Below are positions 1-8,440 of a DNA stretch of 64,000 nucleotides, piece after piece (within the stretch, counting starts at the first letter, position 1; the number at the start of each line of letters is the position of its first letter). This DNA is from Patescibacteria group bacterium (GTDB lineage: Bacteria; Patescibacteriota; Patescibacteriia; JAXHNJ01). Location: NCBI GenBank assembly GCA_041649715.1, contig JBAZMP010000003.1, positions 167,690 through 231,689 on the forward strand. The letters run 5' to 3'. The notes under the pieces were generated by a model. The model did no database searches. It had not been told where the DNA came from and saw only the letters and a program-made list of their open reading frames with translations. The translations under genes and the position numbers were made by a program.

Positions 1-1216
1 GTATTTCCTGATTATCCATTAAATTGATAAAAATATTCGCCTGGTCATTGGCCCGGACCAGAATGGCAAAATCATTCCAGGTCAGGCTCCGGTTTTTCTT
101 CCTTAAGGCCAATATTTTTTCCACCACCCCCAGCGCCTCTTCTTCCTGGGTCAAAAAATGCAAATGCTCAATCTTGCCCAAACCCTTATTTTGGGCAATC
201 AGTTTTTTTGTGATCTTTACCGTCAGTAGTTCCCCCTTGTCATCAATCTGCTTTTTCCCCAATCTTGCTTCCAGGCGATTCGGATTGTTTAACTGTATGA
301 ATTTGTAAGATAGGTCCAGGATATTCTGCCGGTTACGGTAATTCTCGGTCAGGACGATCTCTTCGCAGGCAGGAAAATCCTTTTTGAATTCTAGAATATT
401 AGAGATGGCCGCCCCGCGGAACTTATAAATAGACTGGTCGTCATCCCCCACCACCGTAATATTTTTTTTGGATCCGGCTAAAAGCTTTAATAATTCGTAC
501 TGGGCGAAGTTGGTGTCCTGAAATTCATCCACCAGGATGTATTTAAACTGCTGACGGTATTTTTCCAAGATGTTTTTCCTTTGTTTCAATAAAGCCAGGG
601 CCTTGATAATAAGATCGCCGAAATCCAGCTGTCCTTTTTCTGTCAAAAGTGTCTGGTAGGTCTGGTAGGCTTTGGCCACCTCCAAAATCCTTTTGGCCTC
701 TTCGTTGTTATCGGCTTTTAATTTTTTATCGGCGTAAAAAATGAATTGTTCGGGCGTCACATTCTCATCCTTGGCCCGGGAAAAAACTTTGATTAAAGCA
801 TAAATGAACCGGGTGGGATTGCCCATGGGCTTATAATAATCCAATTCGAACCGGTTGAAGTTCTGCCGGATAAGCCGCCACTGTTCCACCTGATTTAAAA
901 GCTTAAAGCCAGGATCCAAGCCGATATCCAGGGCGTTATCCTTTAAAATCCTTTCCCCGAAAGAATGAAAAGTGGAAATCCACAAATCCACATAACCGTA
1001 AGGCAGCAGAATATCCGCCCTTTCCTCCATTTCTCCGGCCGCTTTGTCCGTAAAAGTCAGCGCGAGAATTTCTGAAGGTAAGGCTCTTTTTTCTTTAATC
1101 AAATAAGCCAATCTTTGGGTAATGACGGTAGTCTTGCCTGTTCCGGCGCCGGCGACAATCAAAAGCGGACCAGCCCCGTGTTCTATCGCTTTTCGTTGTT
1201 CGGGGTTTATTTTCAT
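1..1216 (-). CDS. UvrD/PcrA/Rep-family ATP-dependent DNA helicase (N-terminal part; C-terminus runs off window start)
   Basis: Reverse translation from ATG at 1216 gives MKINPEQRKAIEHGAGPLLIVAGAGTGKTTVITQRLAYLI (Walker A GxGKT) and DEFQDTN (motif II) typical of superfamily-1 UvrD helicases; not in ORF track because it is truncated by the window edge. Confidence 0.85.
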   Translation of the reverse strand, partial: MKINPEQRKAIEHGAGPLLIVAGAGTGKTTVITQRLAYLIKEKRALPSEILALTFTDKAAGEMEERADILLPYGYVDLWISTFHSFGERILKDNALDIGLDPGFKLLNQVEQWRLIRQNFNRFELDYYKPMGNPTRFIYALIKVFSRAKDENVTPEQFIFYADKKLKADNNEEAKRILEVAKAYQTYQTLLTEKGQLDFGDLIIKALALLKQRKNILEKYRQQFKYILVDEFQDTNFAQYELLKLLAGSKKNITVVGDDDQSIYKFRGAAISNILEFKKDFPACEEIVLTENYRNRQNILDLSYKFIQLNNPNRLEARLGKKQIDDKGELLTVKITKKLIAQNKGLGKIEHLHFLTQEEEALGVVEKILALRKKNRSLTWNDFAILVRANDQANIFINLMDNQEI

Positions 1217-1252
1217 AAGTAAATTATAGCATTTTAAGCCGGTTTATGAAAT

Positions 1253-1280
1253 TTGACTAAAAAAATTCTTGTGCTAAGAT
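1253..1280 (+). promoter_or_regulatory. sigma70-like promoter candidate (TTGACT -N16- TG-n-TAAGAT) for small-protein operon
   Basis: -35 TTGACT at 1253-1258, extended -10 TGcTAAGAT ending 1280, ~55 nt upstream of first SD/ATG. Confidence 0.4.
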
Positions 1281-1334
1281 ACAAAAACATTATCTTTGTT
1301 CTTTTTAGCCTAGAAAAGGGAGGATTAGATAAAA

Positions 1335-1523
1335 ATGCCGAGAGTCTGCCAATTCCAAGAGGAATGTATTAGTTATGTACCGTCAATGAATAGCCGCGAA
1401 AGACTTTGGTGGCTTCTGAAAAACATCTGCTGCCGATACGCAGAAAAAGGCCGCTGCCGGCGTAAATTATGCCTGGCGCATTACGACCAAGAGATCTTTC
1501 CTCAAAAAAAGAAGGGAGCCTAA
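1335..1523 (+). CDS. small Cys-rich hypothetical protein (62 aa; C5,C11,C32,C33,C41,C46)
   Basis: ORF preceded by AAGGGAGG SD ~12 nt upstream; translationally coupled (TAAaATG) to next ORF; GC-rich relative to neighbours; antisense 145-aa ORF judged spurious. Confidence 0.45.
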   Translation: MPRVCQFQEECISYVPSMNSRERLWWLLKNICCRYAEKGRCRRKLCLAHYDQEIFPQKKKGA

Positions 1524-1524
1524 A

Positions 1525-1791
1525 ATGGCCGAAGAGAGAAAGGAAAACAAAAAGATGGTAACCCTGGAAACCGATCCCCTGCTGGCAGATTTCGCCAAAA
1601 TCCTCAACAGCAACCGCAGCGCGGCAAGAAAACACGAGCAACTCCGCCGCTTCATGCACCTTCAGACCCTGCGTATCCGCACCCGGGAAATCGAGGGAGT
1701 TATACACGACACTCACGCCACGGAAGGCACCATGGTCGGCCTGCACGCCCTTATCCTTACCAAAATGATGGATCTCGGCTTGAAAAAATAG
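1525..1791 (+). CDS. hypothetical protein (88 aa)
   Basis: Starts 2 nt after stop of previous ORF; AAGGGAG SD 9 nt upstream; followed by intrinsic terminator. Confidence 0.45.
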   Translation: MAEERKENKKMVTLETDPLLADFAKILNSNRSAARKHEQLRRFMHLQTLRIRTREIEGVIHDTHATEGTMVGLHALILTKMMDLGLKK

Positions 1792-1808
1792 CCCGCCCGA
1801 AACCAAAA

Positions 1809-1835
1809 CCCTGTCCCGAAAAGACAGGGTTTTTT
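1809..1835 (+). terminator. rho-independent terminator (CCCTGTC-ccgaaaa-GACAGGG-TTTTTT)
   Basis: Perfect 7-bp GC-rich stem followed by T6. Confidence 0.75.
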
Positions 1836-1884
1836 ATCCAGTTAAAAATCAGGTTTCTAACGAAAAATTGCCCGTTATGACTTT

Positions 1885-2664
1885 TTGTGGTTTACTGATA
1901 ATAATATCCACAACTTTCTTACAAACATAAAAATTAATAAATTCGACAAAATTAGCCAAGTATTTTCTTCTACCGTTAATCAAACAAAAGAGTTTGTCCG
2001 CACCCCTTTATTTCTGAAACTTATTGGTGACGTAAGAAATAAAAATGTGGCTGATTTTGGCTGCGGCGACGGTTTTTTTACCAGGATACTGGCGCAAAAT
2101 TTTGCCCGTAAAGTCATGGGCGTTGATTATTCTGAAAAGATGATTAAAACAGCCATTGAGAAAGAAAAAGTGAATCCCCTAAAGATCACGTATTTATTGG
2201 AAGATGTCAGATTTTTAAGAATGAAAGAAAAATTCGATTTGATATCGGCCGTATATCTTTTAGATTATGCCGAATCTAAAGAGGACCTATTAAAAATGGC
2301 CCTGACTGCTTATCACCATCTTAATCCAGGGGGAAAATTTTGCGCCATTGTTCCACATCCACATATTCAACCAACGAAAGATTTTGAATTTGAAAGAAAA
2401 ATAACTTCCCTAGATAATAAAGATAAATTCAAAGACGGAGACCGATTGAAATGCGAGATCAAAAAAAATGATAAACAATTCGAGTTTATTTTTTATTATT
2501 GGTCAAAAGACACTTATAACAATATATTATCTAAAGCCGGCTTCAAAGACATTACGTGGGTTGAACCATTTATCTCGGAAAGGGGCCTTAAATTATTCGG
2601 TCCAGAATATTGGCAAAATTTTCTGAAAAAACCATCAACCATCGGTTTTATCGGCCATAAATAA
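1885..2664 (+). CDS. class I SAM-dependent methyltransferase (small-molecule MTase-like), low-GC island
   Basis: Motif I VADFGCGDGFFT, motif post-I GVDYSEKMI, LEDVRFL acidic motif; ~33% GC versus ~55% in flanks; start codon uncertain (TTG in track, no in-frame ATG for first ~90 codons). Confidence 0.7.
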   Translation: MWFTDNNIHNFLTNIKINKFDKISQVFSSTVNQTKEFVRTPLFLKLIGDVRNKNVADFGCGDGFFTRILAQNFARKVMGVDYSEKMIKTAIEKEKVNPLKITYLLEDVRFLRMKEKFDLISAVYLLDYAESKEDLLKMALTAYHHLNPGGKFCAIVPHPHIQPTKDFEFERKITSLDNKDKFKDGDRLKCEIKKNDKQFEFIFYYWSKDTYNNILSKAGFKDITWVEPFISERGLKLFGPEYWQNFLKKPSTIGFIGHK

Positions 2665-2750
2665 TTATTTGACAACCCTATCTTAAGGCGCTAAGATTTT
2701 AAGCAACAATCGATAATCGATCTTTTCAAAATCACACCGAAGGGAAAACC

Positions 2751-2966
2751 ATGACGCTCGAAACACTCTGTCTTCATCAGAAACACCCCAACGACTGCGA
2801 ACACTATTACCACCCCAATCTGGAAAGAGAAGGCGAAGAAGCCTGCCGCAAGCATCATCTCTGCGCGTATTGTAAAGACGGCCGCTGCCAAAATCCGCGC
2901 ATCGGCAAATATCGAGGCAAATTAGTTCTGCCGAAAGTACAATCACCCGAGCGCGCCCTTCAATAA
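2751..2966 (+). CDS. small Cys/His-rich hypothetical protein (71 aa), distant paralog of ORF 1335..1523
   Basis: AAGGGA SD 5 nt before ATG; followed by terminator; shares C-x-Y-x-(E/D)-x-GRC and N-terminal C-(Q/L)-x-Q motifs with the 62-aa protein; GC-rich. Confidence 0.45.
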   Translation: MTLETLCLHQKHPNDCEHYYHPNLEREGEEACRKHHLCAYCKDGRCQNPRIGKYRGKLVLPKVQSPERALQ

Positions 2967-2985
2967 CTTGTAAGGGCGTTTTTTT
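2954..2985 (+). terminator. rho-independent terminator (CGCCCTT-loop-AAGGGCG-T7)
   Basis: 7-bp stem plus T-run immediately after stop of 2751..2966. Confidence 0.65.
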
Positions 2986-3066
2986 AGACAAGTCCAGACT
3001 CAAGACACCCGCGCTGTTTTTCGTGGCAAACACAACGCGGATCTCTTGAGCCCGCGTTGGCTTTTT

Positions 3067-3411
3067 TTATTTCTTTACAATTTTATGCGGATGATATTTT
3101 TCCACGTAGTAAATCTGTCTATCAATTTCTTCAAACGAAAAATCTGCCCCGTCTGTGACAATCAGTTTTATTTCCCCGTCATTTTCCCTTAAAACCACGG
3201 CGATAACTATTCCGTCAAAATTAACCAGAGGCTTATCCGGTCCCAAAATATAGGCATCAATTTCTTCCCCGTCAGCTTCCGACTTCGTTCCGGGAATAAA
3301 ACCGTAATTAGTTTGATACTTATTCTGCGGATAATCGGGATGCGCCGAATTTAAGGGCCGGTCGATAGCCACTTTCACCTTTTTTCCTAACCACTGTTTA
3401 TAATTATCCAT
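3067..3411 (-). CDS. inorganic pyrophosphatase-like protein, N-terminally short (matches only C-terminal half of family I PPase)
   Basis: EADGEEIDAYILGP (cf. DGDPLDVLVL), IVIAVVLRENDGEIKLIV, EEIDRQIYYVEKYHP (cf. EIEHFFEHYK); start placed at MDNYKQ with AAGGGGAA SD, abutting stop of upstream gene. Confidence 0.45.
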   Translation of the reverse strand: MDNYKQWLGKKVKVAIDRPLNSAHPDYPQNKYQTNYGFIPGTKSEADGEEIDAYILGPDKPLVNFDGIVIAVVLRENDGEIKLIVTDGADFSFEEIDRQIYYVEKYHPHKIVKK

Positions 3412-3412
3412 A

Positions 3413-4066
3413 TTATTTCCCCTTTTCCTTCCCCCAACAAACAATCAGGGCGTGAAATTCATTATATAATTTGTAAGACTTCGGCAATCGTTTTTCAAAA
3501 TATTCTTTATATTCATTATAAGTTTTAAATTCAACGCCGTACTTTTTACACAGTCTTCGGGTATAGGCGTCGATGACAAAGGAAGGCTTTCCGCCTGCGT
3601 ATAATAAAATTGAATCGGCTGTTTCCGGACCGATGCCGTGGACCGCCAATAATTCCTCGCGGCATTTTTTTAATGGTTTCTTAAAGAACTTTTTTAGACT
3701 GCCTTGATAATTTTCCATAAGCCATAAACTATACGCCTTAAGCTTTTTGGCTTTTTCATTATAATAGCCCGAGGAGCGAATCAACCCCCTTAATTTAATT
3801 GGCGAAATATTCAATATTTTTCTCGGAGACAATATTCTTTCCTTTTTAAGTTTATAAATGGCACGCTCCACGTTTCCCCAATTCGTATTCTGGGTTAATA
3901 TCGCCCCCAGACAGACTTCAAACATATTTTTCTCATTATTGACACATATTTTCTTTCTCAATATCTTATCCTCTTGATCTCTCGATATCTTTATATCTAG
4001 CACCGGCCACCAATCCTGGCGTCCGTATTTTTTCGACAAACTCAGATAAATCTTGATTAAATTCAT
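3413..4066 (-). CDS. HhH-GPD superfamily DNA glycosylase (endonuclease III / MagIII-like, no Fe-S cysteine cluster)
   Basis: Helix-hairpin-helix LLAVHGIGPETADSILLYA followed by catalytic Asp (VIDAY); no C-terminal 4-Cys motif. Confidence 0.7.
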   Translation of the reverse strand: MNLIKIYLSLSKKYGRQDWWPVLDIKISRDQEDKILRKKICVNNEKNMFEVCLGAILTQNTNWGNVERAIYKLKKERILSPRKILNISPIKLRGLIRSSGYYNEKAKKLKAYSLWLMENYQGSLKKFFKKPLKKCREELLAVHGIGPETADSILLYAGGKPSFVIDAYTRRLCKKYGVEFKTYNEYKEYFEKRLPKSYKLYNEFHALIVCWGKEKGK

Positions 4067-4145
4067 GATCGTATTATATCTTTTTTAAACCAAATAAAAA
4101 AGCCCTGCTCATAAGAACAGGGCTTTGGTTAAATGTACAAAAATA

Positions 4146-5462
4146 CTAGGCGAATACTTCCGGTGGTATTTCTACCGCTTCTGACCTTTCCGGACCGACC
4201 GTCACGAAAGGAATAGGCAGTCCAGTCTGCCTGGTGATCTCCTTCAAGAATCCCTTGGCTTCATCCGGCAAATCCTCCCAGTGCCGACAGTGGCCGGTAT
4301 TTTTCTGCCAGCCCGGCAAAGTGAAGTAAACCGGTGTCAAAGTCTCAAGATAGCGGGGCTCAACCGACGGAACCTCATCAAGTCGCCTCCCATTTGCGTC
4401 CTGGTAAGCGATGATGATTTTCACTTCCGACATAGTGTCAAGCACATCAAGTTTGGTCACCGGCGTCAGAATCTGACCGTACGGTGTTCTCATCCTTTTG
4501 AGAATCCAGCGGATAAGAACCGTGTCGAGCCAGCTTACCCGGCGTTTCCGGCCGGTCGTCTCTCCTATTTCATGACCTCGATCGCAAATTATCTCTCCGT
4601 ACACGTCAAAAAGCTCGCCGACCAGTGGTCCGTTGCCGACTCGGGTGGTATAAGCTTTAGTCGCCATGTAGGCCTTATCCCACCAGCCGATGTCGTGCAG
4701 CAAACCAGGCAAGGTCGTCGTGGAAGAGGTAACGAAAGGATAAGTACCGTGGTCGATATCGAGCATCCCTCCTTGAGCGCCTTCAACCAAAACGCTTTCC
4801 CTCTTTTCGATGACCTTCCAGATGAGATCAGTCATGTTGGTCACAGAGAAACACCTGGCCATCTCCAAAGCAGCTTCGTAGTAACACCGGCATTCTTCCT
4901 GGTATTCGTCCAGAGGAGAATCATGCGGAAACCGGAACTGCTTTGCGTAATACTTTACCAGCTTCTGGTACCGCTCTTCGAAACCCGGAGAAAGAACATC
5001 GGCGACCCGGATAGCGGTCCAGCGTTCTCTGGCTGAAGCATAAGCCAGACCGATACCCTTGCCGGTCGTTCCGATCGGATGGTCAGAGAATTTCTCCAGG
5101 ATCGCTTCTTTCCGCTTATGCCAAGGGAAAATCAGATGGGCCTGAGGTGAAATGTAAATCTCGTTCTTGAACGGCAAGTTCAGGGCTTTTACAGCCGCCA
5201 CTTCCTTCAGAAATCCCACGGGATCGATCACCATTCCCGTACCGAGAGCGCAATCGACGCTCGGGGTAAAAGCACTGGAAGGGATCTGGTGAAAGGCGAG
5301 GCTCTTGTCGCCGACAGTTACGCGATGTCCGGCATTCGGTCCGCCTTGAAAGCGGACGTTCAGACCGAATCTTTGCGACTGCAGCAAATAGTCAACCACC
5401 CTGGCTTTGCCCTCATCGCCGAACAAGAAATCACCGACAAAAACTATTTCTCCCCTCATCAC
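4146..5462 (-). CDS. purA: adenylosuccinate synthetase
   Basis: P-loop GDEGKAR (variant of GDEGKGK), GGPNAGH, GTTGKGIGLAY, GAQGGMLDIDHGTYPFVTSS, TTGRKRRVSWLD; 4-nt ATGA overlap with guaB; GC-rich. Confidence 0.85.
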   Translation of the reverse strand: MMRGEIVFVGDFLFGDEGKARVVDYLLQSQRFGLNVRFQGGPNAGHRVTVGDKSLAFHQIPSSAFTPSVDCALGTGMVIDPVGFLKEVAAVKALNLPFKNEIYISPQAHLIFPWHKRKEAILEKFSDHPIGTTGKGIGLAYASARERWTAIRVADVLSPGFEERYQKLVKYYAKQFRFPHDSPLDEYQEECRCYYEAALEMARCFSVTNMTDLIWKVIEKRESVLVEGAQGGMLDIDHGTYPFVTSSTTTLPGLLHDIGWWDKAYMATKAYTTRVGNGPLVGELFDVYGEIICDRGHEIGETTGRKRRVSWLDTVLIRWILKRMRTPYGQILTPVTKLDVLDTMSEVKIIIAYQDANGRRLDEVPSVEPRYLETLTPVYFTLPGWQKNTGHCRHWEDLPDEAKGFLKEITRQTGLPIPFVTVGPERSEAVEIPPEVFA

Positions 5463-6976
5463 TTCTCACCTCCCATCGGGTAGTTCGGCGCACTTTCCGT
5501 GATAATAATGTCGTGCGGATGGCTTTCCCGTACCCCGGCCGCTGTCACCTGCATGTAGGAAGTTTCCCAGAGATCAGTGATCCGCTCGGCGCCGCAATAG
5601 CCCATGCCGGCGCGCAAGCCGCCCATCAGCTGATAAACAACGTTGGCCAAGGCTCCTTTTATCGGAGTGCGACCCTCAATGCCTTCCGCAATGAGCTTAT
5701 CGCGATCCTTGACATCGCCCTGCTTGTACCGTTCCGCGCTGCCTTCCTGCATGGCAGAAATCGAGCCCATCCCACGGTAAATCTTGTAGTTTTTACCCTG
5801 GTAAGGAATAATCTCGCCGGGGCTTTCATCCGTGCCGGCGAAAAGCGAGCCAATCATGACTGAGCTGGCTCCCGCCGCCAAAGCCTTAACGATATCCCCT
5901 GAATAACGGATACCGCCATCGGCAATCAAGGGCACGCCTGCCTTGTGGCAGACTTCAGCGCATTCCAGGATCGCAGAAAACTGGGCCATGCCTACGCCCG
6001 TAATCACCCGTGTGGTACAGATGGCCGAAGGCCCCATCCCGACCTTTATCGCGTCCGCGCCCCAATCGATTAAATCCTGCGCTGCTTGAGCCGTGACTAC
6101 GTTGCCAGCTATGACCGGTAAAGTCGGATACCGCTCGTTCAGACGCTCAAGCATGTTCTTCATGTTCTTCAGATTATCACCATGAGCGGTATCAACCACA
6201 ATCACATCGACCCCGGCTTTGACCAAAAGATCAACTCGCTCCTGGTTATTCAGCCACACGTCGCCAACGGCGGCCCCGACAAGCAATCTGCCCTTTCCAT
6301 CCAGAGCGACCTGCGGATAAAGAGAGCGCTTTCGGATGTCATTGCGGGTATAAAGCCCGACCAGGATTTTCTTTTTTCCGTCCATCCGGATAACCGGCAG
6401 CTTTTCCACCCGCTTCTCCATCATTCTCTGCTCTGCTTCTTGAGGCGTGACGCCTTCATTAGCCGTCACCAGTTCGCGCGTCATGATCTCTGTCACCCTT
6501 CTCGTCTTCATCTCGGCTACCGGACAGGATTCCACGTCCTTGTGGGTAACAATACCCAAAAGTTCACGGTCTTGCCCGATCACCGGCAGACCCGCCACCC
6601 GACACTTAATCATATACCGGCTGACTTCTTCCACCGTCTGCTCCGGCGTGCAAGTGTAAGGGTCAGGAATCAAAGCATTCATCCAGCGCTTGACCCGCTC
6701 TACTTGTCCCGCCTGAATTCCCGGCGAAAGGTTACGGTGAATGATACCGATGCCGCCATCCAAATCTACCGCAATGGCTAATTCGAACTCGGTCACCGTG
6801 TCCATGGCCGCTGAGACTATGGGGATATTTAGTTTAATCGCCCTCTTTTTTCCCCGACTGGCCGTTATATCAGTGCCGATTTCCACCTCGTGCGGCATCT
6901 TGACGGCCAGGCCCGGTCGTAACAACACATCGTCAAACGTTAAACCGAGACCTTTAAATCTTTCCTTCGCCTCCAT
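5459..6976 (-). CDS. guaB: IMP dehydrogenase with CBS pair
   Basis: GGIGIIHRN, tandem CBS domains, catalytic loop [25 protein letters not shown]. Confidence 0.9.
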   Translation of the reverse strand: MEAKERFKGLGLTFDDVLLRPGLAVKMPHEVEIGTDITASRGKKRAIKLNIPIVSAAMDTVTEFELAIAVDLDGGIGIIHRNLSPGIQAGQVERVKRWMNALIPDPYTCTPEQTVEEVSRYMIKCRVAGLPVIGQDRELLGIVTHKDVESCPVAEMKTRRVTEIMTRELVTANEGVTPQEAEQRMMEKRVEKLPVIRMDGKKKILVGLYTRNDIRKRSLYPQVALDGKGRLLVGAAVGDVWLNNQERVDLLVKAGVDVIVVDTAHGDNLKNMKNMLERLNERYPTLPVIAGNVVTAQAAQDLIDWGADAIKVGMGPSAICTTRVITGVGMAQFSAILECAEVCHKAGVPLIADGGIRYSGDIVKALAAGASSVMIGSLFAGTDESPGEIIPYQGKNYKIYRGMGSISAMQEGSAERYKQGDVKDRDKLIAEGIEGRTPIKGALANVVYQLMGGLRAGMGYCGAERITDLWETSYMQVTAAGVRESHPHDIIITESAPNYPMGGEK

Positions 6977-7158
6977 TTTCCCTCACTCCTTTCTCAGTTC
7001 TGCAAATACCCAATTTACTGACGGTTTTATTCCACTCCTTTCCTTGTTTTCTTTGAATTTTCAATGAGCATGCTTTCAAAAAGCGAGTCCTTTACCTTAC
7101 CAAAAAAGGCTGACTTTTGTCAACTTCATATAGGCCGGCTTGTCTGATATCTCAATTG

Positions 7159-7344
7159 CTAAAATTTTATTCCGAAATGGTCGCCCCAAAATCGGAGGAA
7201 AACTAAGATAAGAGCCATGAGAAACAAGGCCCAAAACAGCTTTAGGAAATTAAAGCCCTTTTTCAAACCCTCTTTGACGGGATTATAAACCGGCCCCCCA
7301 TACTTTATCTTATCGCGGGCTCTTTGGTAATCGGAAAGCTTCAT
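7159..7344 (-). CDS. small membrane protein (61 aa), hypothetical
   Basis: Hydrophobic helix; overlaps rmuC stop by 4 nt (operonic). Confidence 0.35.
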   Translation of the reverse strand: MKLSDYQRARDKIKYGGPVYNPVKEGLKKGFNFLKLFWALFLMALILVFLRFWGDHFGIKF

Positions 7345-8399
7345 TCTTCTCCTTCTTTAGGCTTTTCTAATTCTATCGGCTCCACCCCGCCACCCGTACC
7401 AGCGATCTTGAATACATCCCTGTCAATCTTTTTAAACTCCTTATAAGCGGTGTTATAACTGCCCACCGCCGTGCCTAATTGGCTGCCTAATTTTTCCAGA
7501 TAAGAGTCAAAATTCAAAATATGCTTGCCTAAGACCTCCACGTTCTTTCTAATCTCCAGGGCCGACTCCTCAATCTGCAGCGCTCTCAACCCCTGCAAGA
7601 CCATCTGCAGATAGGCCATGAATGTGGTCGGCGAAACAATGATCACATGCTTTTCCTTGAAAGCGTAATCGATGAGATCACGGGTGGAAATCTTGACCGC
7701 TCCGACCTTGTTCACCAGCAGGTCGTAATAAATCGCTTCGGAAGGAATAAACATGAAGGCGAAGTCATAGGTTTTTTCGGCCGGCCGGACATACTTGGCG
7801 GTTTCGTCAATCCGGTTTTTTAAATCCTGTTTAAAAAGTTTTTCCAGTTCCTGGCGCCTTTCTTCATTATGTTCTTCAACAATCTTATTATAATTTTCCA
7901 GAGAAAACTTGGAATCCACCGAGATGATTTTATCTTTAATGAAAATAACCGCGTCCACGATTTCCCCGTTTTTGAACTTATACTGCATCTGGTAGCTTTT
8001 CGGCGGCAAAACGTTCTTTAAAACGGTCTCCAAATAATATTCCCCCAAAATCCCCCTTTGTTTGGGATTCTTCAAAATATCCTGCAAAGACTGCAATTGA
8101 TCGGAAAAATTCAATACCTGGCGGTTCGTCTCGTCTAATTTCGTCAGTTTTTCCGTCACCTCGCGGATTATCTGGGCATCCTGGCTGCGCTGGGCGGCAA
8201 ACATTTTCGTGGACTCGCCCATTTTATTGTCCAAAGTCCGGTTGATCTCACTGATCTGGTTCTGCAGCATCAAAAGAGACTGTTCATCTTTTTTAACCTC
8301 TCCCAACCCCTTGAGTTTCCGGGACAAAATAAAGTAAATAAAAACCGCCAAAAACACTCCCACGAGAATAACGCCGATAATTATTGACCATGTTTGCAT
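7341..8399 (-). CDS. rmuC: DNA recombination protein RmuC
   Basis: N-terminal TM helix, long coiled coil, conserved FMFIPSEAIYYDLL nuclease-like core of RmuC/DUF195. Confidence 0.75.
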   Translation of the reverse strand: MQTWSIIIGVILVGVFLAVFIYFILSRKLKGLGEVKKDEQSLLMLQNQISEINRTLDNKMGESTKMFAAQRSQDAQIIREVTEKLTKLDETNRQVLNFSDQLQSLQDILKNPKQRGILGEYYLETVLKNVLPPKSYQMQYKFKNGEIVDAVIFIKDKIISVDSKFSLENYNKIVEEHNEERRQELEKLFKQDLKNRIDETAKYVRPAEKTYDFAFMFIPSEAIYYDLLVNKVGAVKISTRDLIDYAFKEKHVIIVSPTTFMAYLQMVLQGLRALQIEESALEIRKNVEVLGKHILNFDSYLEKLGSQLGTAVGSYNTAYKEFKKIDRDVFKIAGTGGGVEPIELEKPKEGEE

Positions 8400-8404
8400 A
8401 ATCT

Positions 8405-8437
8405 TGATATCTTAATCGCTTGATATCTTGATATCTT
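8405..8437. repeat. intergenic repeat family copy R1 (GATATCTTAATCGCTTGATATCTTGATATCTTA)
   Basis: Shares core ATCT(T/C)AATCGCTT(G/A)ATATCT with copies at 18984-19045 and 55338-55370; sits between tatD stop and rmuC start. Confidence 0.6.
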
Positions 8438-8440
8438 ATT

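Noticed and set aside
1369-1806. 145-aa minus-strand ORF antisense to the two small plus-strand ORFs
   Set aside because: No SD, no recognisable domain, odd composition. The plus strand has promoter, two well-placed SDs, translational coupling and a perfect terminator. A long antisense ORF is expected by chance in a GC-rich segment.
2683-3033. 116-aa minus-strand ORF overlapping the Cys/His-rich plus ORF
   Set aside because: Spans the plus-strand terminator hairpin and lacks an RBS. Kept the plus-strand 71-aa ORF instead, at low confidence.
4281-5036. 251-aa plus-strand ORF inside purA (and similar long antisense ORFs inside guaB, tatD, Clp, NHL protein and IleRS)
   Set aside because: Antisense to genes with unambiguous conserved motifs. 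Typical shadow ORFs in GC-rich coding sequence.
4146-5462. Possibility that the PurA homolog with GDEGKAR P-loop is a PurZ-like (2-aminoadenine pathway) enzyme
   Set aside because: Catalytic Asp/His equivalents and bacterial-length architecture are retained. It is operonic with guaB in a cellular housekeeping context. No phage genes or other Z-genome genes (mazZ/datZ-like) are nearby. The variant P-loop alone is insufficient.
7068-7158. Promoter/terminator assignment in the guaB upstream gap (TTGACA-N18-TAAGGT on minus strand)
   Set aside because: The -10 is weak and the hairpin is ambiguous. Not reported as a feature.
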